From assembly GCA_032718475.1 (NCBI GenBank), contig JAUCBJ010003650.1, positions 103,317 through 167,316 of the forward strand: a DNA stretch of 64,000 nucleotides, written 5' to 3'. This stretch comes from Nemertoderma westbladi. Lineage: Eukaryota; Animalia; Xenacoelomorpha. A program made the translations under genes and the position numbers. This document shows, in pieces, positions 26,560 through 38,500 of this stretch; the first letter of the stretch is position 1, and each line of letters starts with the position of its first letter. A model generated the notes under the pieces. The model was not told the DNA's origin, ran no database searches, and worked only from the letters and a program-made list of their open reading frames with translations.

Positions 26560-28252
26560 TTCTACCAACCGCCTTCTTAAGGAATTAGTCACACTTCACT
26601 TATTCCTATTAAACTATCCCTAATAATACTCTTTTTATTTTATCGATTAGTTTGGGATTTGTTTGGTCGTTGGAAATTAACGTAATTAAGTGACAGGAAT
26701 AATAATATAAACGTAAGAGAGGTAAATAAAGTATAGCTTTACGTAAGGAAGGTAAATAAAGTATTACTTTATGTAAGATAAGTAAATAAAGTATTATTTA
26801 CGTACGTTAGGCACTTTGTTATAGTGTCTATAATTGTGTTTGTATTTCTGAAGGTTTTTTATTATTTTGTGAATAAATGAGGCTTGTAAAGTATAAAAAA
26901 ATAAAAAATTTACGTACGGCTGTACGGAGTTAAATATAGTATTACTTTATGTGATGGAGGTAAATAAAGTATTACTTTACGTAAGGGAGGTAAATAAAGT
27001 ACTAATGTACGTAAGATAAGTAAATAAAGTATTACATAAATAATCAGCAACTGAAGCTCCGCAGGTGATTAATAATTAATTCAATAATATTTTAACAATG
27101 AAAAGTGATGTAAGTAAGGCAAGTGACTAATAAATTAAAGCCATAGTTAATCCCGAAAAGTGATGTAAGTAAGGCAAGTGACTAATAAATTAAAGCCAAC
27201 ACTATCAACTTTTTTATTGAGGCGTTTAATTATTATTGTTATTGACTTTCACGTTGAGGGTTCGAAACCTACTCATATTTCTATATTTTTGAAAATTTGA
27301 TTAGCATTAGGATTTTGGTGGGTGTGCAATATGATTTAGTAAAATTGGAATTAGTAAAAGTATGTTAGTGTTTAAACGGGATCCCGATCCCGAAATCACC
27401 GGGATCCCGGTGTAAAATACAATCCCAATCCTGGAAATCCCGAAAAGTGTGATCCCGTTTAAACACTAAGTTGGGAGAGAGTGGGACTTGGAATCTCTAG
27501 GTGCCGAGTTCAATCCCACTTTCCGGTGAATTGTTTGTCTGAATATTAAACAATAAAGGAGGCAAATGATATATTTTATTAATTATCCCATAAATAATAT
27601 GGAGTAACCGAAATAGCTGATTTAAAATGAGTAAATATTAATATATTCAAAGGAATATATATTAAAAGTGGCGTGTTTGGGGGTGTGCTTACTGCTTAGC
27701 AATCACACATCTAACACTTACTTTGTCAGCCGTAGTGAACAAAAGATTACTCCCAGAAATATATAACCTCTTCTATTAACTCTCGTTTACTGCGTTAGTG
27801 TTAGAATAATGTGCCACTGTAACCGGGTGATTACAAAACAAAAACTAAAGACCTGTACAAAACACATGTGGTAACTACTCCTTTACTAACCTGCCCCTGT
27901 ATAAATGGCAATGGGACCTAACGCAACTTTACCTCTTTGTTTTGTAGAGGTCCCAAACAGCGTTAGGTCCCATTGCCATTTAAAGGAACAGGTTAGTAAA
28001 GGAGCAGGTTACAGAGGCGTGATTGGGGAACCAAAACAATAAACGAAAGTTAACACATGTTACAAAATGATGCAGGTTACTTAATTGGGTCTTTGGTCTT
28101 TGTTTTGTACTCACCCCACTGTAACCTGCTCCTTTCCCACAATTGATATATTAAATTCCGAGTTCGGATTTCTGTCCACCACCCACGCCCCCCCCCCCCC
28201 CCCCCCTCCCCCCATCCCCATGTCTCAGAAAAAGGAACCTTTGGGTTGCCCT
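26560..28252. repeat. Right arm of the inverted duplication; begins with the last codons of a deleted inverted paralog of the 368-aa gene
   Basis: Plus strand ctaccaaccgccttcttaaggaattag translates LPTAFLRN*, versus LPTAFFRN* at the end of the intact gene. Confidence 0.85.
27825..28116. mobile_element. MITE with 10-bp TSD (Mutator/foldback-like)
   Basis: TIRs gggtgattacaaaacaaaaactaaagacc / ggtctttggtctttgttttgtactcaccc. TSD cactgtaacc on both sides. The empty site is visible in the left arm at ~21061-21080. Internal hairpin at ~27880-28005. Confidence 0.8.
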
Positions 28253-29509
28253 CTTTTATAAACATTGGTTGTACCCACCACACTGTCAGTGACATCACGA
28301 GTGACCCCCCCCCCTCCCCCCCCCCCCCCCCCCTACCCGACCCGCTGACAATTAAATTCGTTGCATATTATCCAAAACATGTTTGAATCAAAGCATAAAC
28401 AAATTGCCACAATATTAGTGACTAAATTATTACAATATTTAATAGCTACTAATAATAAAATAGCAACGTAATCACATAGATTATTACGGTATAATTAATT
28501 AATTAGTTAATTAATTGAAGATTAAATTTATAATAAATTATTGCAACTTATAAATACAGCCGGTATAAATTTACTCAAAACCAGGCACTAACGGAGGGAG
28601 TAAAAAATAGAAAACCCCAAATACCAATAATAACTTTAGTGATATTTATTGACTACTATCAGTTTATTGTGCAAAAAAATCCACAAAGGCAACAACTAGC
28701 TGAAAAACCATAACATTTCAGTCTCATTCCAAATGTTATCAATTTTTTTACAGGATGGGAAGAAATTTGTTTACAAAAACGTAAACCAATAATGTAATCT
28801 TAATGAATTAGTGATAGCCCAATACATCAAGAGTGATGTATACAAAATATATTTAATAAGTTCATCAATGGGTGTTGGTTGGCCTTTGTTATTAATTAAT
28901 TGTAATAATTCCCACATTCTTTCAATAATTTATAACCAATAAATCTGTAGTTAGAATGAAATAATTATAGGCTTGTGACTCATTGTAACACATGTAACGA
29001 CATACGAATAACAATTATTTATTCTAAAATTAACAATAAAAATTATAGAAAAATAAATTTAATAAATACGGAAGTTTAACGCGGAATATATTTCATTTTA
29101 TCATGACGTCATAATATATTACAGGTATTATTGGCATAACGTGTTAATAAGATTACCATCAATAACGATTAATAGTCATCATTAATATAGTAATTAGAAT
29201 AATATCATTAATTACAGTATATTGGCTTGGCATTAAAAAGGAGCTTAACTGCTTTTTTAAACTGAGAAAAACGCATATTTTTCCAGCCAAAATGTCATCA
29301 CACTAAATAGAAACTTTAAAACCAACCGTTTAAAAGGAGCTCCTGTAACTCAATATTTGAGTGATGAATTTGAGTTAGCTACCCTTAAACGGTTCCGTTT
29401 AAAAGGAGCTAACTTTGAGTTATATATCAATGTTTGAGTTAGCCGTTTTTAAATGGTGCCATTTATAAAAGGAGCTATGAATGGGAGAATCTTTTAGGCT
29501 CGTTAAGCC

Positions 29510-30158
29510 AAGGAATGCCTGTTCACCACCATGGGTGATCTTCCGCAGTAAACCCTTCCACTCTGTTTCCTAAAGGAATGCCTGTTCACCACCATGGGTG
29601 ATCTTCCGCAGTAAACCCTTCCACTCTGTTTCCTAAAGGAATGCCTGTTCACCACCATGGGTGATCTTCCGCAGTAAACCCTTCCACTCTGTTTCCTAAA
29701 GGAATGCCTGTTCACCACCATGGGTGATCTTCCGCAGTAAACCCTTCCACTCTGTTTCCTAAAGGAATGCCTGTTCACCACCATGGGTGATCTTCCGCAG
29801 TAAACCCCTCCACTCTGTTTCCTAAAGGAATGCCTGTTCACCACCATGGGTGATCTTCCACAGTAAACCCTTCCACTCTGTTTCCTAAAGGCCTAAAGGA
29901 ATGCCTGTCCACCACCATGGGTGATCTTCCGCAGTAAACCCTTCCACTCTGTTTCCTAAAGGAATGCCTGTTCACCACCGGTGATCTTCCACAGTAAACC
30001 CTTCCACTCTGTTTCCTAAAGGCCTAAAGGAATGCCTGTCCACCACCATGGGTGATCTTCCACAGTAAACCCTTCCACTCTGTTTCCTAAAGGCCTAAAG
30101 GAATGCCTGTCCACCACCATGGGTGATCTTCCACAGTAAACCCTTCACTCTGTTTCCC
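29510..30158. repeat. 63-bp minisatellite, ~10 copies
   Basis: Unit aaggaatgcctgttcaccaccatgggtgatcttccgcagtaaacccttccactctgtttccta, embedded among aaaaggagct motifs. Confidence 0.95.
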
Positions 30159-33153
30159 AAGTTGCCTTGGTTCCCTTGATAAAAGGAGCTATATATTATA
30201 TTATTATATTATATAACTGAAAATTTGTAGAAATATTTTGAGTTATTGGAATTCCTATTCAAAATGATAAAATGTAATTAAATTAAATTTCTTATACAGG
30301 CTATAAATATTAAATTGATATACAATCATCACACCAAATAGTAACAATCGATGTCAAATTTTATCAGCTATCTGATGCCTGGTGGTATAAATAACTCATT
30401 TTTTTTTTCAAAAATTCGAGTTAGCGCCATTTTAATGCCATGCGATGCAATATTAAGTATTATTTATTAATATTAGTATTAATAATACTCTGATTTGATG
30501 CTTACCAAAACGATAGCCAACACCATAAGTGTTAAATAAGGTTCCAAAATTGTGGAGATACTTACAGGATATTGTTGAAAATAACAAGTAATACTGGAAT
30601 TATCAAATATTTTTCAATACATCAATCAGTATACTACTATACAAGTAGAAACTGATATACTGCAGAATTAACAATAAATTATAATATATACATTAGCCTA
30701 AAATAAATTACAATAATATTCTAACAATAAATTACTATTAAATATATATCAATCAATGCAATAACCTAAAATTGTTTAAAAAAAAATTAATTATTGGGAA
30801 CACTGAACTAAGTTTTCCCGGAAACAAACATTACACAAGCAGAACAGACCAAAATATCGAACAAACACCCGGTGATGCATTCAACAATACCATGAAGAGC
30901 GGTCATTTCAGATGGAAAATAACTTTTCATGCCTTTTTATTACCGATTTGCCCTATTTTCCATTTAACTATATTCTTTATTTGCGTTTTCAGTACACTTA
31001 TAAAGTTATGATTTATGTTTTATGCAGAGAGGGTTGGAGTTGCGTATTGATAGGCTGACCGAACTATTAAATAGGGTAAAAAAGAGTAAAAAAAAAATGC
31101 TGAAAAGTAGCGAACTTCATCCATCCATCCTGTCTATTAATTAACCTTCCCTATAGGGAACACTGTCGATCGAACTGCTTATAATATTACAAAGAAACGA
31201 TTATTATCTTTGAAGAAATTGAAAGAATTCTGGATATTGCTGATCAATCCAAAATCAACCATTACCCACACATACATACTGTATTTTTGTAGTGCGATAT
31301 AAAATTTATAAGCTAAAAATTGTAAATGTAAAATTGATTTATACGAACTGTTATTATGCACGATTATCTCTATTTATGTGGGGCGAGCCACGAACTATAT
31401 GAACCTTAGCATGCATGCGTTTAGTACAAATTGGTAAGATATGTTTGTCCGTCTGTCTTTCGCATTGGATCAATGTTTGGAATCTTGTTCAGTAACTGTA
31501 GATAATATTTTTAGAAAATTGTATATATTACAGCCAAATTAATTAAAGATTCGCTCAAATATCCTGCAAAGCGCGATCTAAGTTTACCCGTGTTACACAT
31601 GTTACTAAAACTACTGCACTGTATTCTAAGGTTCAATAATCTGGCCTGAGCAACTTGTTAGTACAAATGACAAAAGCATTTTCTGTTCAGTTATAAATTA
31701 TCCAATAATTTTGCCAATATTTTAGAATGATATACTTGTATGACAAAATATCAAGTTATTTTAACGGAGGGATTATTAGGGGTGGGTATGTATAATGAAC
31801 AGTATACATTTTCATAACCCATTAAACAATACAGGTGGTAAAGAGTTGCACTAATTGGCGCATTAAACTTTATAAAAACTTATTAAATTATATTATATTA
31901 AATAAAATTTCCACGAAGAAATACATACAGAATGTGATACTTAATTAATATTAGGATGTTATAAAAACTACTATATAATATATTTTTTGGACTTAATAAT
32001 TGATATATAACTTTTGGATATTTTTTAATATATAACCTACTAACAGACACGGTGCTGGAAGTATTTACGTCGAAACAACACCAAAATCAGTGTTTTAAAG
32101 GGCCAATTCTGTCCAAGAAATAAAACACATTGTTCCAAAGAATTTGTGCTCTAAAAGTGGGGCATTGTGTGTAACAAAATAAAAATAATAGGAAATTATA
32201 AAGTAAATTAACAGAAAATATAAATTGTTTTATAAATAAATAAAAATAATTAATAGTTTATAAACTACGGAAATGTGCTCAAGGTTTGTTTCAGAAAGTT
32301 GAATTAGAAAAATAATAATTAAGTAAGTAATAGGCATAGAGATACAACTATAATTTTGAAACAACTATAATATAAAAACTAAATTAATACCCTTCAGAAC
32401 TAATAATTAATTGTTATATTTTATTATGTCATATGATCACATTATAATCATTTGTAATTAAAATAAATTAATAATAATAATAAAATAACAAACTATGAAT
32501 ATAATTTTGGGAAATCAATTTTGGACAGAATCAGCCCCTAATGATCCGATACAATCCAAATACATTTATTTATAAGCTGATAAACTTTAACCGAGTGAAA
32601 TAATCACAACTAAGTGACAGTATTACTGCTTCTGTGAATTATACAGGATCGATTAATTAATTATTAAGAAGGATAAAACTTCATGCAGTAATCGTCTAGG
32701 TCGTTCATGTGTGAACATTGAATATGCAACAATACAGCGATACCGACAAACCGAGTGTTTCTATTGTCATACTATAATATTGTCATTATTCTTCCATTTG
32801 AGGAAGAATAATCCCAAAAATTTTAAAAATGACAGACCCCGAAGGCCAAGACACCAACGTCTGCTAAGTCAATGTGAAGGTAGGTTACCTTGAAGGCCTT
32901 GAAGAGACAGAAGTCGGTAAATGCTGGTTGATACCTAATAATGCTGCATATTAACCTGGATCTGTTCAACCGTATGTAGAATCTCATTAAGGATCTAGTA
33001 GAGAGACTCTAGCATGGCAATCAAAATTATTTCCTTGAAAGGATTCAATAAATTGGAGTTGAGCTGTTCATGTAAACGTAATTAATGATTTAATATTCTG
33101 GTTTTGTTCAGAAATGGAAAAAATTAGGAAACACCTCACCGGGGGTTGAACCA

Positions 33154-33195
33154 GCGCTATACGTACGTTTCGGCCTAACAGGCCTCATCAGTAAC
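33154..33195 (-). ncRNA. Minimal type I hammerhead ribozyme (Penelope/retrozyme type)
   Basis: Minus strand reads GUUA-CUGAUGA-GGCCU-GUU-AGGCC-GAAA-CGUACGU-A-UAGC. It has an intact core, a 5-bp stem II, a palindromic stem III, a GUA cleavage triplet and a GUUA/UAGC stem I. It is enclosed by ~50-bp inverted repeats (33099-33150 / 33196-33247). Confidence 0.75.
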
Positions 33196-33269
33196 TTCAA
33201 CCCCCGTAGATGTCTTTCCTCATTTTTCAATTTCTTAACAAAACCATAATAATATTACTTCCTTAAAAG

Positions 33270-34600
33270 GAATTGCAGAAACAGTTCCTGTACACCGTCG
33301 AGACAAGAAAAAGGCCCCCTGGACTGACCACAGAATTCAAAAATGCCGAAATGACCTCTCTAAGGAGCAGAATGAGTCCCGTCGACTCGGGCACACGGAG
33401 AAAGCCAAGGATGCAGTTAAGGCTGCATCTAGGTCCCTTAACAGGCAGTACTCTGATAATCTGAAGGAGCTTATAAATAAGCAGGTTGATGCCAATAACA
33501 ATGCTGATGATAGCAGGGAATCAGCCCAGGCATGGAAATCAATAAACCTGCTCACTGGGAGGAAAAGCCAACCAACCACCAAGGTTAAGGCCGAATCTCC
33601 AGCTGAACGCTTCAATGGTTGGAAGGTCCACTTTGAGAAGCTCCTAAACAATGACAGCATATTGCTTTGAGGTACATCATACATCTGAGTCTAGGCTCAC
33701 AGATATTTCCATTAACATTTCCTTTGCTGAAATCAAGACAACTGCAATTAGAGCATCAAGACCAATCGTGGTACTAGAGTAGATTTTGTGTCTACTGCTG
33801 ATGGTGACACAGATCCATTCGACGTTTTATGGGGAGTCCTCCAGGGTGACACACTTGCACCATTCTTGTTCATAATTATGGTTGATTATGTCTTAAGACC
33901 ATCTCAATAAAGATGGGGTGATGGTAACACCCCCTACTGGCACAATAAGTATAGGTAATCCAGCAAGGTACCTTACTGATCTAGAGTCTAGACTTTGCTG
34001 ATGACCTAGGAGTGCAGTCAGAATCACTAGAGGGAGCCTAAAGGCCTCTCTGTTCTTTGGAACAGCCTGCTTCTTAGTGTTTGTCTTTTTGTAAACACCA
34101 AGAAGGGACATTGAACCTAGACAGCCCTCAAGAAATGTCTTACCGTAAGGGCATAAGCTCCAGGGATGGCTTGCTTGAGCACGTGGATGACTTCTGCTAC
34201 TTGGGATCATGGATCAGAAAGTTAGGTGAAGACCTTCGATACGTAAGGGGAAGGCATGGTTAGCATTGAATATAGTCTATCCACGTCTAAAACAGAATCT
34301 CAAGTTCGAATATTTATGGCTGTAGTAGTACCGCAGCAGTACTATTAAATGGAAGTCCATGCTGGGCTCTAACTGCTGAGGATACCAAATCCCTGGATGG
34401 CACTTTCACAAGAATGCTGCGCCGGGTTCACTGTGTCAAATACATAATGAACTATACAACATTGGAGGTGTTTCATTATTTTCCCCTAGCTTGACACTTG
34501 AACGGAACCGCCTCCGCTTTGCAGGACATTGTTTTCGCATCAGATCAGCCTGTTCATGGCCTTGTGCTACGGCAACCTGGATGTCAGACGAAGTGGCCAC
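33270..34600 (+). mobile_element. Degenerate non-LTR retrotransposon (RTE-like) reverse transcriptase fragment
   Basis: Broken frames give GVLQGDTLAPFLFIIMVDYVLR (~33832), LDFADDL (~33990), LEHVDDFCYLGSWI and LDGTFTRMLRRV. Confidence 0.85.
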
Positions 34601-35534
34601 TCAAAAACTTTCCTTCCTCGTCTTCTCTCTTAGATAGGCCCTGGAAAATGTATGGCTGGTCGGGTGATATGGGTGCGGCCTTAGTTCTAGGTCTGTCGGG
34701 ATTGAACCACAGTGCAGGCCGATCGTGTTGAAAGATAAAAATAAAAACGGAAAATTGTATATTATTAATTTCATAAAATTTGAAAACATTTAACAAAAAT
34801 ATTCCCAATAACTAAATTTGCATTTTATCAGCAACGATTAATTGTTTTCGTAATTAAAAACCCACGAAGACACATAAATGACTACCTCACAAATGTAAAA
34901 TATAGACCTAGAGGCGGAACAAATATGTTGAAATTCGAATATATATTTTTTATAGTTTCGGAGTGCAATAAAAATTTGATGAATAAATAGATTTAAAAAA
35001 AAAAAGGAACATACAATTTTATTTCATAATAAAATTTTCAATTTTATCTTAGTTGTATCTGACACAAAAACACAAAAATCGTGGTTCGGTTAGTGTATGA
35101 ATAAGGCGCATTACGGACATGTATAGTTGACTATAAGGCATATATACATTTCACACATTTTAACACGAAAACGTAAAATTTATACTATATTGCGATTTTG
35201 TCATAATGAACTTTGGTATTCTGCAAGTGACGAAAATCTAGTTTAAACTGCACGTGTGCTACCACATAAATAGGTATAACGTAATATGTTACAAAATAAT
35301 CAGTTTAAAGGGTTAAATATTATAATATTCACCTAGGGGAGAGGGGTTAGGTTTGTGCGAATATAATAGCACCGACTTTGGATATGTTAAATGCGAATAT
35401 ATTCGCAAATCGTAAATAGATAGAATCTGCGAATATATTTGCATCTGAGAGGAATAGATTCCTATATAAGTTAAAAAGGGATTGGGATTATATTTATATT
35501 AAAATTGGGTCGTTTTAGAATTCTATAAATACCG

Positions 35535-38500
35535 TCACACAGGGGTTATTGTGTTAGAGGAATTTCTTCCTCCCTTCCAATCGATGTTCTCCGTTCCGGG
35601 GGTGTTTATTCCGCTCGTTCCGTCGGTAGGAACTCTTAGACTCCCTTGGGAGTCGCCATGGGCACCGGGTTGGTTCCGCCGACGGCCGCTAGCGGCGCGC
35701 GCAGAGCGACCGGCCACGCTGAGACGACGGGATATGTCTTCCGGGGCCGTAGACAGGTTGGCGCCGCTGGTGATAAGTTCCCCGAAGCCGGGGGTGTGCG
35801 AGTAGGCGTAGCCGGTGCGAACGGAGGCCCGGCGGGTGGAGGGGCGACTGGTAAACGCCCGTCGGACCGCGAGCTGAAAGGAAAACAATCGATTAATACG
35901 AACCGGAGAATTTCGTCAAATGAGTTTTTTATGGGTCGTAATTTGACGGCGTCTTTCAGCTAAAATATTATATTATCGAAGGAACTTAAGATACAATATT
36001 TTCTGGGAACCATCCCAATAGATTCAAAATTCGATGTTGTCAAAAATAGATTCGAGATTCCAAAACTCAAACTCTCATCACCTGAACCCTAATAATTTGA
36101 CATATTTTATAAGCATTAATGAGGCACCTTTTACATGCGGATCTGTAAATCCAATTGACATGAAATTTTAGACCTCCTACAAAATTTCGAGCGGTACAAG
36201 TTGAAACCTTAAAAAAAACTTAAAAAAAAAAATTTTTTTTCAAAATTACTCCCATGAACCAATACCTGAAGAAATATGTAACATTTCAGGTTCCACTTGT
36301 ACAGATCGAAATTCTGTATAAGGTCTAAAATTTCATGGCAATTGGATTTACAGTTCTTAAAATTTGCGATTTCAAACTCGAACAAAATTCGAAACTCGGA
36401 TTTTGAATTAATTGGGATGGTTTCCACAAAATATTGAAAACAAATTTGTGTCGAATCTAAAAACTTAAAAAAGATATGAATATTAATGATATGAAATGCG
36501 CTGAAATGCATCAAGTAGCTTTTCGCATGCATCCTATACTTTCTGCCGAAACTGTATTGCCAATATGTAAAGAGGACACAGACAGACACAGTATAATAAT
36601 TACATAGAAATTATCAAGTGTATTCAATATTCAGTTCCGATTAGAAACAACCATGTTCAATTAATTGATACAATTGTTTGATATTAAATCTTGAAACGTT
36701 GAAGGATTCAAAATGAACGACCTCAATGTGTCATCAGCTGATCTGAAGAAATGAACGCCTGTGGTATCACCATGGGGATGCGGACAAACTGTTAGTAATA
36801 ACAGACACCAATGGGAACGTGCACGAACTGCTGGTCGGGCTCGGGCCCATGAGCTAACTACCACAGGCTCCGAGCTATAGCTACCACGGTCTCCCAGCTA
36901 GCTACCACGGTCCCCCATCTAGCTACCACGGTCCCCCATCTAGCTACCACGATCCCCCAGCTAGCTACCACGGCCCTAGCTACCACGATCCCCCAGCTAG
37001 CTACCACGGCCCCCCAGCTAGCTACCGCGGTCCCCGAACTAGCTAACACGGATCCCCAGCTAGCTACCACGGCCCCAGAGCTAGCTACCACGGTCTCCCA
37101 GCTAGCTACCACGGTCCCCCATCTAGCTACCACGGTCCCCCAGCTAGCTACCACGGCCCTAGCTACCACGATCCCCCAGCTAGCTACCACGGCCCCCCAG
37201 CTAGCTACCGCGGTCCCCGAACTAGCTAACACGGATCCCCAGCTAGCTACCACGGCCCCACAGCTAGCTACCACGGTCCCCCAGCTAGCTACCACGGCCC
37301 TAGCTACCACGGTCCCCCAGCTAGCTACCACGGCCCCCCAGCTAGCTACCGCGGTCCCCGAACTAGCTACCACGGTCCCCCATCTAGCTACCCGGTCCCG
37401 GAACTAGCTACCACGGTCCCCCAGCTAGCTACCACGGTCCCTGAACTAGCTACCACGGTCCCCCAGCTAGCTACCACGGCCCTAGCTACCACGGTCCCCC
37501 ATCTAGCTACCACGGGCCCGGAACTAGCTACCACGGTCCCCCAGCTAGCTACCACAGTCCCCCAGCTAGCTAACACGGATCCCCAGGTAGCTACCACGGT
37601 CCCCAGCTAGCTACCGCGGTCTCCCAGCTAGCTACCACAGTCCCCCAGTTAGCTAACACGGATCCCCAGCTAGCTACCACGGTCCCCCATCTAGCTACCA
37701 CGGTCTCCCAGCTAGCTACCACGGATCCCCAGCTAGCTACCACGGTCCCCCAGCTAGCTACCACGGTCCCCGAACTAGCTACCACGGTCCCCCAGCTAGC
37801 TACCACGGTCTCCCAGCTAGCTACCACGGTCCCCGAACTAGCTACCACGGCCCCGCAGCTAGCTACCACGGCCCTAGCTACCACGGTCCCCCAGCTAGCT
37901 ACCACGGCCCCCCAGCTAGCTACCGCGGTCCCCGAACTAGCTACCACGGTCCCCCATCTAGCTACCCGGTCCCGGAACTAGCTACCACGGTCCCCCAGCT
38001 AGCTACCACGGTCCCTGAACTAGCTACCACGGTCCCCCAGCTAGCTACCACGGCCCTAGCTACCACGGTCCCCCATCTAGCTACCACGGTCCCGGAACTA
38101 GCTACCACGGTCCCCCAGCTAGCTACCACAGTCCCCCAGCTAGCTAACACGGATCCCCAGGTAGCTACCACGGTCCCCAGCTAGCTACCGCGGTCTCCCA
38201 GCTAGCTACCACAGTCCCCCAGTTAGCTAACACGGATCCCCAGCTAGCTACCACGGTCCCCCATCTAGCTACCACGGTCTCCCAGCTAGCTACCACGGAT
38301 CCCCAGCTAGCTACCACGGTCCCCCAGCTAGCTACCACGGTCCCCGAACTAGCTACCACGGTCGCCCAGCTAGCTACCACGGTCTCCCAGCTAGCTACCA
38401 CGGTCCCCGAACTAGCTACCACGGCCCCGCAGCTAGCTACCGCGGTCTCCCAGCTAGCTACCGCGGTCTCCCAGCTAGCTACCCCGGTCCCGAAACTAGC

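Noticed and set aside
35551-35963. Plus-strand GC-rich ORFs
   Set aside because: Antisense shadows of the last ATP8B exon.
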